Shown one piece after another: positions 9,519 to 18,206 of a DNA stretch of 64,000 bases. The position numbers were made by a program, and so were the translations under genes. Source of the DNA: Myxococcales bacterium. GTDB taxonomy: Bacteria; Myxococcota_A; Polyangia; Polyangiales; DASUME01. Each line of letters starts with the position of its first letter. The stretch's first letter is position 1. The notes under the pieces were generated by a model. That model made no database searches. It saw nothing but the letters and a program-made list of their open reading frames with translations, and had not been told where the DNA came from. The DNA lies in assembly GCA_047601445.1 (NCBI GenBank), contig JASGJH010000001.1, positions 5,024,001-5,088,000 on the forward strand, given 5' to 3'.

Positions 9519-10637
9519 GTGTCCTCGAGATGCTCTACATTCTTGGCAGTGAGCCTGTTGGGCAGCGTCGCGCTCGGCCTCACGCCGACAAGTGCGCACG
9601 CCTGTTCCTGCCCCTTCGGACCGTATCTTTCCTGGCCTCTCGCCACGGCGACGAACGTCGCGCTGGAGCCAAGTCTAATCATCGCGGCCCCACTGCTCGA
9701 CCCAGTCCAGGTGACGTTGGTGGCCGCGGACGGCACCGAAGTCGCCGTCGAGGCGACCGGGAATCCGCGGCTCGACCCTGCTGACGCGTGCGCCGGCTCC
9801 TACTGGTTCTTTCGTCCCGCAACGCGTCTTGCGGCAAACACGACCTATTCTGTTCGCATCGACGGTGCTCCCGATTTTGCTTACACGCCGAGCTTCACCA
9901 CGGGTGAGGTCATCGCAGAGCCTGCCCCAGAAGCCCCTCCCTCCGTTCGCTATCGCCGCTTGCTGGCGCCCGCGGGATGCGATCCAAACACTGCCTCATA
10001 CTGCATGGACTACTTCGCGCTCACTGCGGAAGGAGCCGCGACCCAGAGTCGCGCTCTGACATTCCTGAAGGTCAGCGGGAAGGACCCTTCAACAGCGTCT
10101 GTGGTGTACGAGCTTGGCTTTCCGCCTCTGGAGCCACCGTCGTTCAATTTGCACAAGGTTTCGCCCGCGGATGCATGCCTCGACTACGCGTGGATCGATC
10201 GCAGCGGTGCAACGCTGCAAACAGGCACGCTTTGCGATCCAGAAAAATGCGTGCGCGCCAGCTACACGACCTGGATGGAGATGGAGTTCTGCTTTTCGTA
10301 CTACATCGACCCAACCATCTGGGAAGGCCTTCCCCCAAACAGCTGCGAAGACCCGCCCGTCCTTCCGACCGCCGAGGTGCCCGATGCTGGGATCGTCGAC
10401 GTAGAAGGGCCCGGTGATGGGACCATCGAAATGGAGGGCACGCCCGACGCGGGGCCCGACGGCAGGCCAACGACCAACGAATCGAAGGGGCTTTGCAGTG
10501 TGCAGTTCGCGGCCCCAAGTACTTCGCTGCTCAGTGGGGGATGGCTCGCGTTGCTGGCTGCCGCTCTCTGGCGGACTCGGACACGGGTGACCGCTCATGG
10601 TCGAAGCGGGGGACGCCCCAGCCGCTCGTCGCACTGA
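9519..10637 (+). CDS. Secreted Ig-like domain, Cys-rich protein with MYXO-CTERM-like sorting tail (paralog 1)
   Basis: GGAGG SD + GTG; signal peptide AHA|CSC; FRPATRLAANTTYSVRID Ig-like (Big_5-type) motif; GLCSV...WLALLAAALWRTRTR tail. Confidence 0.75.
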   Translation: MSSRCSTFLAVSLLGSVALGLTPTSAHACSCPFGPYLSWPLATATNVALEPSLIIAAPLLDPVQVTLVAADGTEVAVEATGNPRLDPADACAGSYWFFRPATRLAANTTYSVRIDGAPDFAYTPSFTTGEVIAEPAPEAPPSVRYRRLLAPAGCDPNTASYCMDYFALTAEGAATQSRALTFLKVSGKDPSTASVVYELGFPPLEPPSFNLHKVSPADACLDYAWIDRSGATLQTGTLCDPEKCVRASYTTWMEMEFCFSYYIDPTIWEGLPPNSCEDPPVLPTAEVPDAGIVDVEGPGDGTIEMEGTPDAGPDGRPTTNESKGLCSVQFAAPSTSLLSGGWLALLAAALWRTRTRVTAHGRSGGRPSRSSH

Positions 10638-10709
10638 TTGTCCGCATCTCGGTTGTCCGTGCTTCTTGATCTCTTCGTCCGCGCGAGCTTGATAGGCTGT
10701 GGCTCGCGG

Positions 10710-10725
10710 CGGCACGCCTCGTGCT
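10710..10725 (+). promoter_or_regulatory. Putative sigma54 promoter
   Basis: CGGCACGCCTCGTGCT, homologous to 9439-9454. Confidence 0.5.
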
Positions 10726-10797
10726 GCAACGTGTCGTTCGAACACCAGCTTGCACAATCTGGCACAAACTCCTTCTATTCCCTCTTGGAGGCCCGGT

Positions 10798-11949
10798 ATG
10801 TCCACGAGATACGCAGCGTTGTTGACCGCGGGCTTGCTGAGCGTTGCCGCGCTCGGCTTCACCCCGACGAAGGCCCACGCCTGTTCATGCCTCCCAGGGC
10901 CCTCTCTTGCCTGGCCTTTCTCCATGGCGACGGACGTCGCGCTAGAGCCAAACCTCGTCATCGCAGTGGCGGATCTTCAACCGCTCAAAGTCACGTTGGT
11001 GGCCGCGGACGGCACGGAGATCGCCGCCGAACCGACGGAGAATCCGCGGCTCGACCATGTTCAGTCTTGCGTGAACGCCTTCTGGTTCTTTCGTCCCGCG
11101 ACGCGTCTTGCTGCGAACACGACCTATTCTGTTCGCATCGACGTAGCTGGCGATAGCGATCCTTCGTCGAGCTTCACCACCGGTGAGGTGATCGCAGAGC
11201 TTACTCCGACGGCTCTGCCTTCGCTCCGCTATCACCGTTTGTTGGCGCCGGAGGGCTGTAGCCCCGAGGACCCGTACTGCTCGGACTTCATCGGGCTCGA
11301 AGAAGCCGATGTGCCAAGTGGCGCTCCCACATTCCTGAAGATCAGCGGGAAAGCACCCTCCACGGACCCGGTGGTGTACGAGCTGGCCGTACGAGAGTTC
11401 AACTACGCTCCCCCATCTCTCATCGATCTACAGAAGGTTTCGCCCGCTGACGCATGCCTCGACTACACGTGGATCGACCGTAGCGGTGCGACACTGCAGA
11501 CAGGCACGCTGTGCGATCCGAAAAAGTGTGCCCGCGCGAGCCCGACGACGTTGCTGGAGACACGGTCTTCTTGCTCGCTTTACTACCTCGACATGGCCGC
11601 CTGGGACGCCCTACCCGACAACAACTGCGACGACCCACCTGTGCTTCCGACACGCTGGGCTTCCGATGCCGGGATCGGCGACGCAGAAGCGCCCGATGCT
11701 TCTCACGTCGTCGACGCGAAGGTCACGCCAACGCGTGACGCCGGACCCGACAGGAGTCCAACGGCGAGCGAGTCGACGGGGATGTGTAGCGTTCGGGTCG
11801 CAGCACCGAGGTCTTCGATGTTCGGTGGAGGATGGCTTGCTTTGCTGGCTGCGGTGCTCTGGCGGGCTCGGGCTCGGACGCGGGTGGCTGCTGGTGGTCG
11901 GAGCGGGGGACGCCCTGGCCGCTCGTCGCGCTGCTGCGGTGCGCGTTAG
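10798..11949 (+). CDS. Secreted Ig-like domain, Cys-rich protein with MYXO-CTERM-like tail (paralog 2)
   Basis: Colinear with paralog 1 (WFFRPATRLAANTTYSVRID, KVSPADACLDY, GATLQTGTLCDP); GGAGG SD + ATG; C-terminus reads into the repeat element. Confidence 0.75.
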   Translation: MSTRYAALLTAGLLSVAALGFTPTKAHACSCLPGPSLAWPFSMATDVALEPNLVIAVADLQPLKVTLVAADGTEIAAEPTENPRLDHVQSCVNAFWFFRPATRLAANTTYSVRIDVAGDSDPSSSFTTGEVIAELTPTALPSLRYHRLLAPEGCSPEDPYCSDFIGLEEADVPSGAPTFLKISGKAPSTDPVVYELAVREFNYAPPSLIDLQKVSPADACLDYTWIDRSGATLQTGTLCDPKKCARASPTTLLETRSSCSLYYLDMAAWDALPDNNCDDPPVLPTRWASDAGIGDAEAPDASHVVDAKVTPTRDAGPDRSPTASESTGMCSVRVAAPRSSMFGGGWLALLAAVLWRARARTRVAAGGRSGGRPGRSSRCCGAR

Positions 11950-12112
11950 GTCGTACGTCATGGGATGCTTGGTGGCCGGTTGGCCGCATGCGGCTCGGAC
12001 GCGGGTGGCTGCTGGTGGTCGGAGCGGGGGACGCCCTGGCCGCTCGTCGCGCTGCTGCGGTGCGCGTTAGGTCGTACGTCATGGGATGCTTGGTGGCCGG
12101 TTGGCCGCATGC
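11871..12112 (+). repeat. Exact 121-bp tandem duplication (left arm + half core of the element)
   Basis: 11871-11991 is repeated at 11992-12112. Confidence 0.9.
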
Positions 12113-12250
12113 GCGCCGAGGAACGGCGCGCGGGCTGTTCTTACGGGGTGAGGCGTCTGCACGGTTGTACGTCTGTTCTTCGACTCGGGCGGGGGCGCTC
12201 CAATGCGCGGCCAGGACGTCCCCCGCTCCGACCACCAGCAGCCACCCGCG
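12000..12250 (+). mobile_element. Dispersed ~250-bp inverted-repeat element, copy A
   Basis: 44-bp arms 12000-12043 and 12207-12250 (1 mismatch) enclose a 163-bp core shared with copies B and C. Confidence 0.8.
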
Positions 12251-12450
12251 CTCTCGTGTTCTCTTGGTCCCACGTGAGCTTGGTGTTCTCTTGGTCCCAC
12301 GTGAGCTTGGTGTTCTCTCGGGCCCACGTGAACCTGGTGTTCTCTTGGTCCCACGTGAGCTTGGTGTTCTCTCGGGCCCGCGTGAGCCTGGTGTTCTCTC
12401 GGGTTCGCGTGAGCCTGGTGTTCTCTCGGGTTCGCGAACTCGGCGTTCCC
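12247..12450 (+). repeat. 27-bp tandem repeat array (6 full units plus partials)
   Basis: CACGTGAGCTTGGTGTTCTCTTGGTCC-like units start at 12271, 12298, 12325, 12352, 12379 and 12406; no spacers. Confidence 0.9.
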
Positions 12451-12484
12451 TTCGAATGATTTCAATGCCTACTATGGTCCCGCC

Positions 12485-13165
12485 GTGACTGGTTCGCGGA
12501 AGGTTGTACTTGCTCGTTGTGGGGAGCTCGATAGCTTCAGCGGGATCACGCGGTCCAGAGAGGTGGTTGGCGTGTCTGGCACCCACGCAGCGATTCAAGG
12601 ATATGGACCTGGGTCCGACACGCTGCTCGTGTTCACCAAACGCCCACAGCCCGTCGTCCCGCAGGTCTTGGCAGGCATCATCTTCGTCTCTTTTGTCGCG
12701 GTGTTCGGCGGCTGGCGGGGCATGCTCATGCTGCTGCTTGGCGCGCCATTCTTCGTGCTTGCGTTGTTCCTGGAGCGTCTGGCTGGCTACGTCTGCGTCG
12801 TTGCCCTCGAACGACAAACTCTGGTGCTGGTCGGGTATCGCTTCGGACGGCCATACTCGGTCCGATTAGCGCTTACCGAGATCGCGCGCGCCGTCCGCGG
12901 ACGCGAGTACGGCTGTGCGCATCGGTTGCGTCTGGAGATGCGTCATGGACAAACGTATTGGCTCACGTTCATGACGGGAGGCCGAAATCCCGGCCCATAC
13001 TTCGACCTGCTCGTGAACCATACGAATCTTCGATTTCCAGAAGGATCCGCCATCCCGGAGACGGTCCGAATGTTTTCACGTGCGCTTTCGGACTTGGGAG
13101 TCGAGGTGTCCGAAGACCCATTACCGACCTATCCCCGCGTCCGCTACTGGCCCACCAAGGACTGA
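12485..13165 (+). CDS. Hypothetical two-TM membrane protein (start uncertain)
   Basis: Hydrophobic hairpin followed by a soluble domain; visibly more A/T-ending codons than flanking genes; lies between element copies A and B. Confidence 0.55.
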   Translation: MTGSRKVVLARCGELDSFSGITRSREVVGVSGTHAAIQGYGPGSDTLLVFTKRPQPVVPQVLAGIIFVSFVAVFGGWRGMLMLLLGAPFFVLALFLERLAGYVCVVALERQTLVLVGYRFGRPYSVRLALTEIARAVRGREYGCAHRLRLEMRHGQTYWLTFMTGGRNPGPYFDLLVNHTNLRFPEGSAIPETVRMFSRALSDLGVEVSEDPLPTYPRVRYWPTKD

Positions 13166-13278
13166 GCTTCGACTGACGTTGGGTCAGCGCGGCTGGAGGA
13201 AGCACCCTGAGATAGGACACACCAAGCGCACTCGAGAGAGAACACGAGAGAGCGGCGTGGACTAGAGAACACGAGCGA

Positions 13279-13532
13279 GCGGGTGGCTGCTCGTGGCGGT
13301 GGGCGCGGGTTCGCCCTGGCCGCGCATTGGAGCGCCCCCGCCCGAGTCGAAGAACAGACGTACAACGCTTCCCAGATCCCCACCCCAGAAGTACAGCCCG
13401 CGCGCCGTTCCTCGGCGCGCATGCGGCCAACCGGCCCCCAAGCACTCCATGACGTACGACCTAACGCGCACCGCATCAGCGCGACGAGCGGACAGGGCGG
13501 CACCGTGCCCGCCGCCGCGAGCAGCCACCCGC
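13279..13532 (-). mobile_element. Dispersed element, copy B (inverted relative to A)
   Basis: Core is the reverse complement of the copy A core. Arms 13279-13323 and 13488-13532 are complementary to each other. Degenerate GAGAACAC repeats at 13215-13278. Confidence 0.8.
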
Positions 13533-13553
13533 GTCGCGACGAGCGGCCACCCG

Positions 13554-15431
13554 CTATTTAGCGGAGAAGAATGCCCCGAGCGTCTCCAGAAGCTTCGGCC
13601 CCTCGAGCCACACCATGATCGCCACGCCCATCAACGATTCGCCCGCGATCAAACCCGATGAGACCGGGATCGTATAGGCCTGATCGACCTGCGGCCGGGT
13701 GCGCCCGATCAGCCACGCGGCCAAGGCACCGATGAACATGGAGATGGAGTTGAACGCAGGGATCACGCCGGCGATGCCGAGGCCGGTCGCAGACGGCAGC
13801 CACTTGCGGTACTTGGCGGGCAAGAGCTCTTCGGCCACGGCGAGGCCGATCCCGATGGCCGCTCCGAACACGACCGCGATCAGCGCGCCCTTGGGCAGCG
13901 CCTCGAGTCCCTTGGCGAGCATCTCGGCGACGCCGGCCCATACCTTGGCTGCCGGCGCGGGGAGTTCTTCGGAGCCGAGCTTTTCGGGCGTGGCGATCAG
14001 GGTGTACACGGGGACGCACATCAAGGTGCCCGCGAGTACGCCGAACAACTGCGCGATGGTCTGTTTGCGCGGGCTGCCACCGAGCAAGTAGCCGGACTTC
14101 AGGTCGGTGAGTAGGTCGGCCGCGTGAGCGGAAGCGGCGGACGTGATCGACGCGGTCATCAGGTTGGTGGTGATGTTGGCTGGCGCGATCACGCCGTAGG
14201 CGAGCTGGGTGATCTTGCCCAGGGCTCCGATGGGCGTGACATCGGTCTCTCCCGTAGCGCGCGCCGCGACGATGGACAGCAAGAACGTGGCGAGCACGGC
14301 AAGCACGCCCATCCACCAGGTGATCTGGAAGAACCAGTGACCGAGCATCACGCACGCAAGGCCCGAGAGGAGAGTGCCCCACAGCGTCCAGGACACGGGC
14401 ACTTCGATGTCCGCGAGCGGATCTTGCGTGGCCTTGTCGGCGTCCGCGCGGAACATGTCGCCCACGCCCGAGAGCGCGCGGCCGATGGTGCGCCAGCGGA
14501 AGCACAGCGACGTGATGCTGGAGGAGATCATCATCGCGGTAGCGGGCCAGAGCGTCCAGGAGACGATGCTGCGATAGCCGGGCTTGACGATGCCCGCTGA
14601 GACCACCATCTCGCCGGCCACACCGAAGAAGAGCACGGCCCCCAAAAGCAGCGAGATCCCCACGCGGATGCCCATGATGGCGCCTGCGGCCACCATGATG
14701 CTCGACCCCTCGAAGCCGATCGTGAGGTCGTCCAGCCAGCGCTTGGCGCGTTCCCCCCAAAACAGCGGAAAGGCGCTCGGAATGGCGTGCTTTCCCATGG
14801 CGGGTGCGTCACGCAGAAAGGCGAGCACCGCGCCGAGCACCGACGCAGCGATCAGCGAGCGCGCCTTTTGCACGGCCTCGCGACCCACCGTGTGCATCGA
14901 GCGCAGTGTCTCCGCGGTGGCGATGCCGGAAGGGAAAGGCAGCTTGTCGTGATTGATGAGCTGACGCTTGAGCGGCACCGCCAGGAACACGCCGAGCACC
15001 GAAGTGGCGAACAGCCACGGCATGGTCTCCCACCAGGTGAGCACGCGGCCGGTGGTCATGTAGAGCGCTGGCAGGGCCGAGGCCAAACCGGAGGTAGCCA
15101 TGTAGCCGGCGGCGCTGGCCGCACTCGACATGGTGTTGTTCTCGAGGATGCTGAAGGGATCCTTGCGATAGGCCGGGACGATGGCCTCGAGCGCCTTGAA
15201 CACCGAGAAGGCGATGATGCAGGCGGTGATGGTCACCCCGAGTCCCCAACCCGTCTTGAGTCCGACGTAGAGGTTGGAGATGGACATCACGGCGCCGATG
15301 GCCATGCCGCTCACCAGGGAGCGCACCGAGAGCTGGCGCACCGTGTCCCCGCGGTAGACCTCGGCCCGCCACGCGCGGTCGGAAGCAAAGGGATCGTGGT
15401 CGGCTGCCGCGGCGGGGTCGGGTCGCTCCAT
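13554..15431 (-). CDS. OPT (oligopeptide transporter / YSL) family protein
   Basis: NLYVGLKTG, ENN, LPFPSGIATAETL, DLKSGYLLG and SGLIAGESL motifs. Confidence 0.92.
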   Translation of the reverse strand: MERPDPAAAADHDPFASDRAWRAEVYRGDTVRQLSVRSLVSGMAIGAVMSISNLYVGLKTGWGLGVTITACIIAFSVFKALEAIVPAYRKDPFSILENNTMSSAASAAGYMATSGLASALPALYMTTGRVLTWWETMPWLFATSVLGVFLAVPLKRQLINHDKLPFPSGIATAETLRSMHTVGREAVQKARSLIAASVLGAVLAFLRDAPAMGKHAIPSAFPLFWGERAKRWLDDLTIGFEGSSIMVAAGAIMGIRVGISLLLGAVLFFGVAGEMVVSAGIVKPGYRSIVSWTLWPATAMMISSSITSLCFRWRTIGRALSGVGDMFRADADKATQDPLADIEVPVSWTLWGTLLSGLACVMLGHWFFQITWWMGVLAVLATFLLSIVAARATGETDVTPIGALGKITQLAYGVIAPANITTNLMTASITSAASAHAADLLTDLKSGYLLGGSPRKQTIAQLFGVLAGTLMCVPVYTLIATPEKLGSEELPAPAAKVWAGVAEMLAKGLEALPKGALIAVVFGAAIGIGLAVAEELLPAKYRKWLPSATGLGIAGVIPAFNSISMFIGALAAWLIGRTRPQVDQAYTIPVSSGLIAGESLMGVAIMVWLEGPKLLETLGAFFSAK

Positions 15432-15559
15432 GTGCCCGTCAGTATAAGCAGGGGAAGTTCGCTTGGTGCGCCGATTCACGAATCGCTTTCACCCGGACGA
15501 GCGTTGGACCGTTGCTGCGCGCTCAGGGCCCGAGCGTGTATGAAAGAGGAAGGTACGCG

Positions 15560-16246
15560 ATGGTCAGCCTCTTAAAACCCAGCTTGCTCCTGCTCCTGCT
15601 TGGGGTCGGAGCTCTCTCTCTGAGCGCCCGGGCACAAGCCCAATTGGCCCCTAGTTCGACGGTCCCTGCGGTGGAAGCCACGCCCGTGGCGACACCCGTG
15701 GCAGAGCCCGCGTCGGCCCCTGCGCTTCAGCCCCCGCCCGCGCCGGGCCCACCCATGGCGCTCGACACCGGCTGCCGACCCGGCGACTGCAACGTGGAAG
15801 CACGAGGCACGCCGCCCGCCGCATTCGAAACCACCGCCCCCGGACCCGCCGGTTCCCGCCCACCCCCTGGCACCCTGCTGCGCATGGACGGAACGACCTA
15901 CGAGGCACCCCCGGCGAAGAAGCCCAGACTCCCCAAGCTATGGGCGCCCATCACGCTCACCTGCATCGGCGCCACCTTTCTGGTCCCCGGCGTCACCATC
16001 CTGACCATCGCTCTCATCGACCGCAGCACCGGCGGCGACGGCGATCCCGAAGACACCGCCGAATACACCACCGTGCAAGGCGCCGGCATGCTCGTCCTCT
16101 CCGGTGCCGCCCTCACCTTCGGCATCATTTGGCTCAAGAGACGCAAGGCGGAACGCCGACGCATGCGCGAAGAAATGGCAGCAGGCCTCGCGGGCTTCTC
16201 GTGGGGCATCATGGGAGCAGGGGCTCGGGTGACGCTGAGGATGTGA
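15560..16246 (+). CDS. Hypothetical exported Pro-rich protein with C-terminal hydrophobic hairpin
   Basis: Signal peptide AQA|Q, Pro/Ala linker, two hydrophobic segments; GAGGA SD. Confidence 0.65.
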   Translation: MVSLLKPSLLLLLLGVGALSLSARAQAQLAPSSTVPAVEATPVATPVAEPASAPALQPPPAPGPPMALDTGCRPGDCNVEARGTPPAAFETTAPGPAGSRPPPGTLLRMDGTTYEAPPAKKPRLPKLWAPITLTCIGATFLVPGVTILTIALIDRSTGGDGDPEDTAEYTTVQGAGMLVLSGAALTFGIIWLKRRKAERRRMREEMAAGLAGFSWGIMGAGARVTLRM

Positions 16247-16291
16247 CGGCGCGCCCATGCGAACTGTCCGCAGCACGGCCCTCTCGATCCC

Positions 16292-17023
16292 CTACGGCCA
16301 CAACGAGACTCCTACCAGCAAGCTCAGCGTAACCATGCGCTCGTAGCTCTTGGGTGGAGCATGCTGAGTCCCCACCGAGGTCTCGGACTTGAGGAAGTCG
16401 TAGGCGAACACGGCGCTCAGGTCGATGCTACCGCCGCGCAGCACGAAGAAGTGCCCCACCAAGCCGAGCAGCGGCCCCAGGGCACGTGTCTTGGTCTCGC
16501 TCTGGATGGGCAGCTCGGGTCCGTTGTCGCGTAACCAGGGCTTGGCGTGATAGCGCCTGAAATCCAGGCCTCCCAGCGCACTCAGCACCACGCGTGAGTC
16601 GGGTGTGATCGGGAACTCACAAGCCGGACGCAGCATGAAGGCGCGCTCGGGTGACTCATCGGTAGAGTCCTGCACTGCACCCTGGGAGAAATCGTAGCGG
16701 TGGCGTCGCGCTTCCACGGCGAACTGCAGCGAGGGAACGACGTGGCGGTGCACGACATAGCCAGCACCGAAGGCGACATACCCCGGGATGCCTCCCGAGA
16801 GCCGCCCGCCCGTGGGCCCGAACCCAATCTCTCGCTCCACCGTGGTCTGCGGTTCCGAAAGATTCTCGTAGCGAGATTCCGCGCGTTGATAGTCGAGCAG
16901 GACGGTGTTCACCGAGAACACGAAGTGCCCCTGCTCCACCTGCGCCACACCAAAGGCCGGCCACAGCATGCCCATCAAGCAGAGCGACCACGGCAGCAAC
17001 CCACTCAACCAACGACGGCGCAT
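16292..17023 (-). CDS. Putative outer-membrane beta-barrel protein
   Basis: Signal peptide, alternating amphipathic strands, C-terminal VGVSLWP. Confidence 0.6.
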   Translation of the reverse strand: MRRRWLSGLLPWSLCLMGMLWPAFGVAQVEQGHFVFSVNTVLLDYQRAESRYENLSEPQTTVEREIGFGPTGGRLSGGIPGYVAFGAGYVVHRHVVPSLQFAVEARRHRYDFSQGAVQDSTDESPERAFMLRPACEFPITPDSRVVLSALGGLDFRRYHAKPWLRDNGPELPIQSETKTRALGPLLGLVGHFFVLRGGSIDLSAVFAYDFLKSETSVGTQHAPPKSYERMVTLSLLVGVSLWP

Positions 17024-17130
17024 CGCGCTGCTTCTCACGCCAAGCCCGGCATGTCGACCCCGAAGCCCCGAGCTCACCCGGAGAAGGAGTTGCGTTGAGA
17101 CCCCGCGGGTCAGGGGGCGTCGAGCCTACC

Positions 17131-17255
17131 CGGGCACGATGCACGCTCGAGATCATGCGAGGCCCAGTGAACGCTCGAGCACCATGCACGCTCGAGATCA
17201 CGCGAGCCCCAGTGAACGCCCGAGCCAAACCCGGGCACCATGCACGCTCGAGCAC
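17131..17255. repeat. ~45-bp tandem repeat (about 2.5 units) next to element copy C
   Basis: GCAC(G/C)ATGCACGCTCGAGATCA(T/C)GCGAG(G/C)CCCAGTGAACGC twice, then a third GCACCATGCACGCTCGAG. Confidence 0.8.
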
Positions 17256-17257
17256 AC

Positions 17258-17499
17258 CCCGTGGCGCGGCTGGAGGGGGGCTGGGTCAGGTCACGGCGCA
17301 TTGGAGCGCCCCCCGCTCGGATCGAAGAACAGACGTACGACACCCCCCAGATCCCCCGCCCCACGAGTGCAGCCCGCGCGCCGTCCTCGGCGCGCATGCG
17401 GCCAACCGGTCCCCAAGCACCTCAAGAAGTACGACCGAGGCGCGAAGCAGCGCGACGAGCCATGACCTGACCCCGCCCCCCTCCAGCCGCGCCACCGGG
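17258..17499 (-). mobile_element. Dispersed element, copy C (same core, unrelated arm sequence)
   Basis: Core GCATTGGAGCGCCCC...GAAGAACAGACGTAC...CAGCCCGCGCGCCGT.CCTCGGCGCGCATGCGGCCAACCGG; arms GTGGCGCGGCTGGAGGGGGGCTGGGTCAGGTCACGGC / GCCATGACCTGACCCCGCCCCCCTCCAGCCGCGCCAC. Confidence 0.8.
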
Positions 17500-17551
17500 A
17501 GTGGGAGAGCTCTGGATACGTGTTCAGGTTGGTGGTACCGTCCGCCGAACC

Positions 17552-18166
17552 ATGATCGGCCGACTTACCGGTATCATTGTGGATCAGACCCTGGACGGCG
17601 CCTGCGTGGTCGACGTCTCGGGGGTGGGTTACGAGGTCTTCGTGCCGCTCGGCGCCCTCGGGCGCCTGGCGCGCGCCACCGAGCGCGTGACGCTGCACGT
17701 CCATACCCAAATGCGCGAGGACGCGCTCACGCTGTACGGCTTCCCGACGCTGGAGGACCGTACCGCCTTTCGCACCCTGCTGGGGGTCAACGGCGTGGGG
17801 CCCAAGCTGGCTCTCGGGATCATGGGCAGTCTCACCGCCAGCGAGCTGGCCGACGCCCTCAATCGCGGCGACAAGGCGCGCTTCAAGGGCATCAGCGGCG
17901 TAGGCCCCAAGATCGTCGAGCGTCTGGTGCTCGAGCTCAAGGACAAGCTGCACTTCGTGGGGGGCGCCATGAGCGCGCCGATGCCCGCGCCCAAGAGCGC
18001 GCCCCAGAGCGCGTTCACGGGCATCCTGGCCACCGTGCACGGCGCGTTGGTGCAGATGGGGTTCAAGCCCTTCGAGGCCGAGACGGCGCTGCAGAAGATT
18101 CAGCCGAAGGCCGAAGGCAAGGCCGCCGAAGAGCTCTTGCGCGAGGCGCTAGCGTCCCTCGCCTGA
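17552..18166 (+). CDS. ruvA: Holliday junction branch migration protein RuvA
   Basis: MIGRLTG, GVGYEV, REDALTLYGF, GVGPKLAL. Confidence 0.97.
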   Translation: MIGRLTGIIVDQTLDGACVVDVSGVGYEVFVPLGALGRLARATERVTLHVHTQMREDALTLYGFPTLEDRTAFRTLLGVNGVGPKLALGIMGSLTASELADALNRGDKARFKGISGVGPKIVERLVLELKDKLHFVGGAMSAPMPAPKSAPQSAFTGILATVHGALVQMGFKPFEAETALQKIQPKAEGKAAEELLREALASLA

Positions 18167-18206
18167 GGCGCGCCAGCACGTTTGGAAAGCAAGTTTGGAA
18201 GGCAGC

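Noticed and set aside
11941..12075. GTTAGGT in the element core as an integron attC site (GTTRRRY)
   Set aside because: There is no matching RYYYAAC inverse core, the motif is not kept in copy C, and no integrase is in the window.
12247..12450. 27-bp array as a CRISPR array
   Set aside because: The units are directly adjacent with no unique spacers, and there are no cas genes.
11723..12817. ORFs spanning the element and 27-bp array (e.g. 11723-12817, 12079-12465)
   Set aside because: They stay open only because the repeat unit is a multiple of 3 and GC-rich; there is no SD or codon signal.
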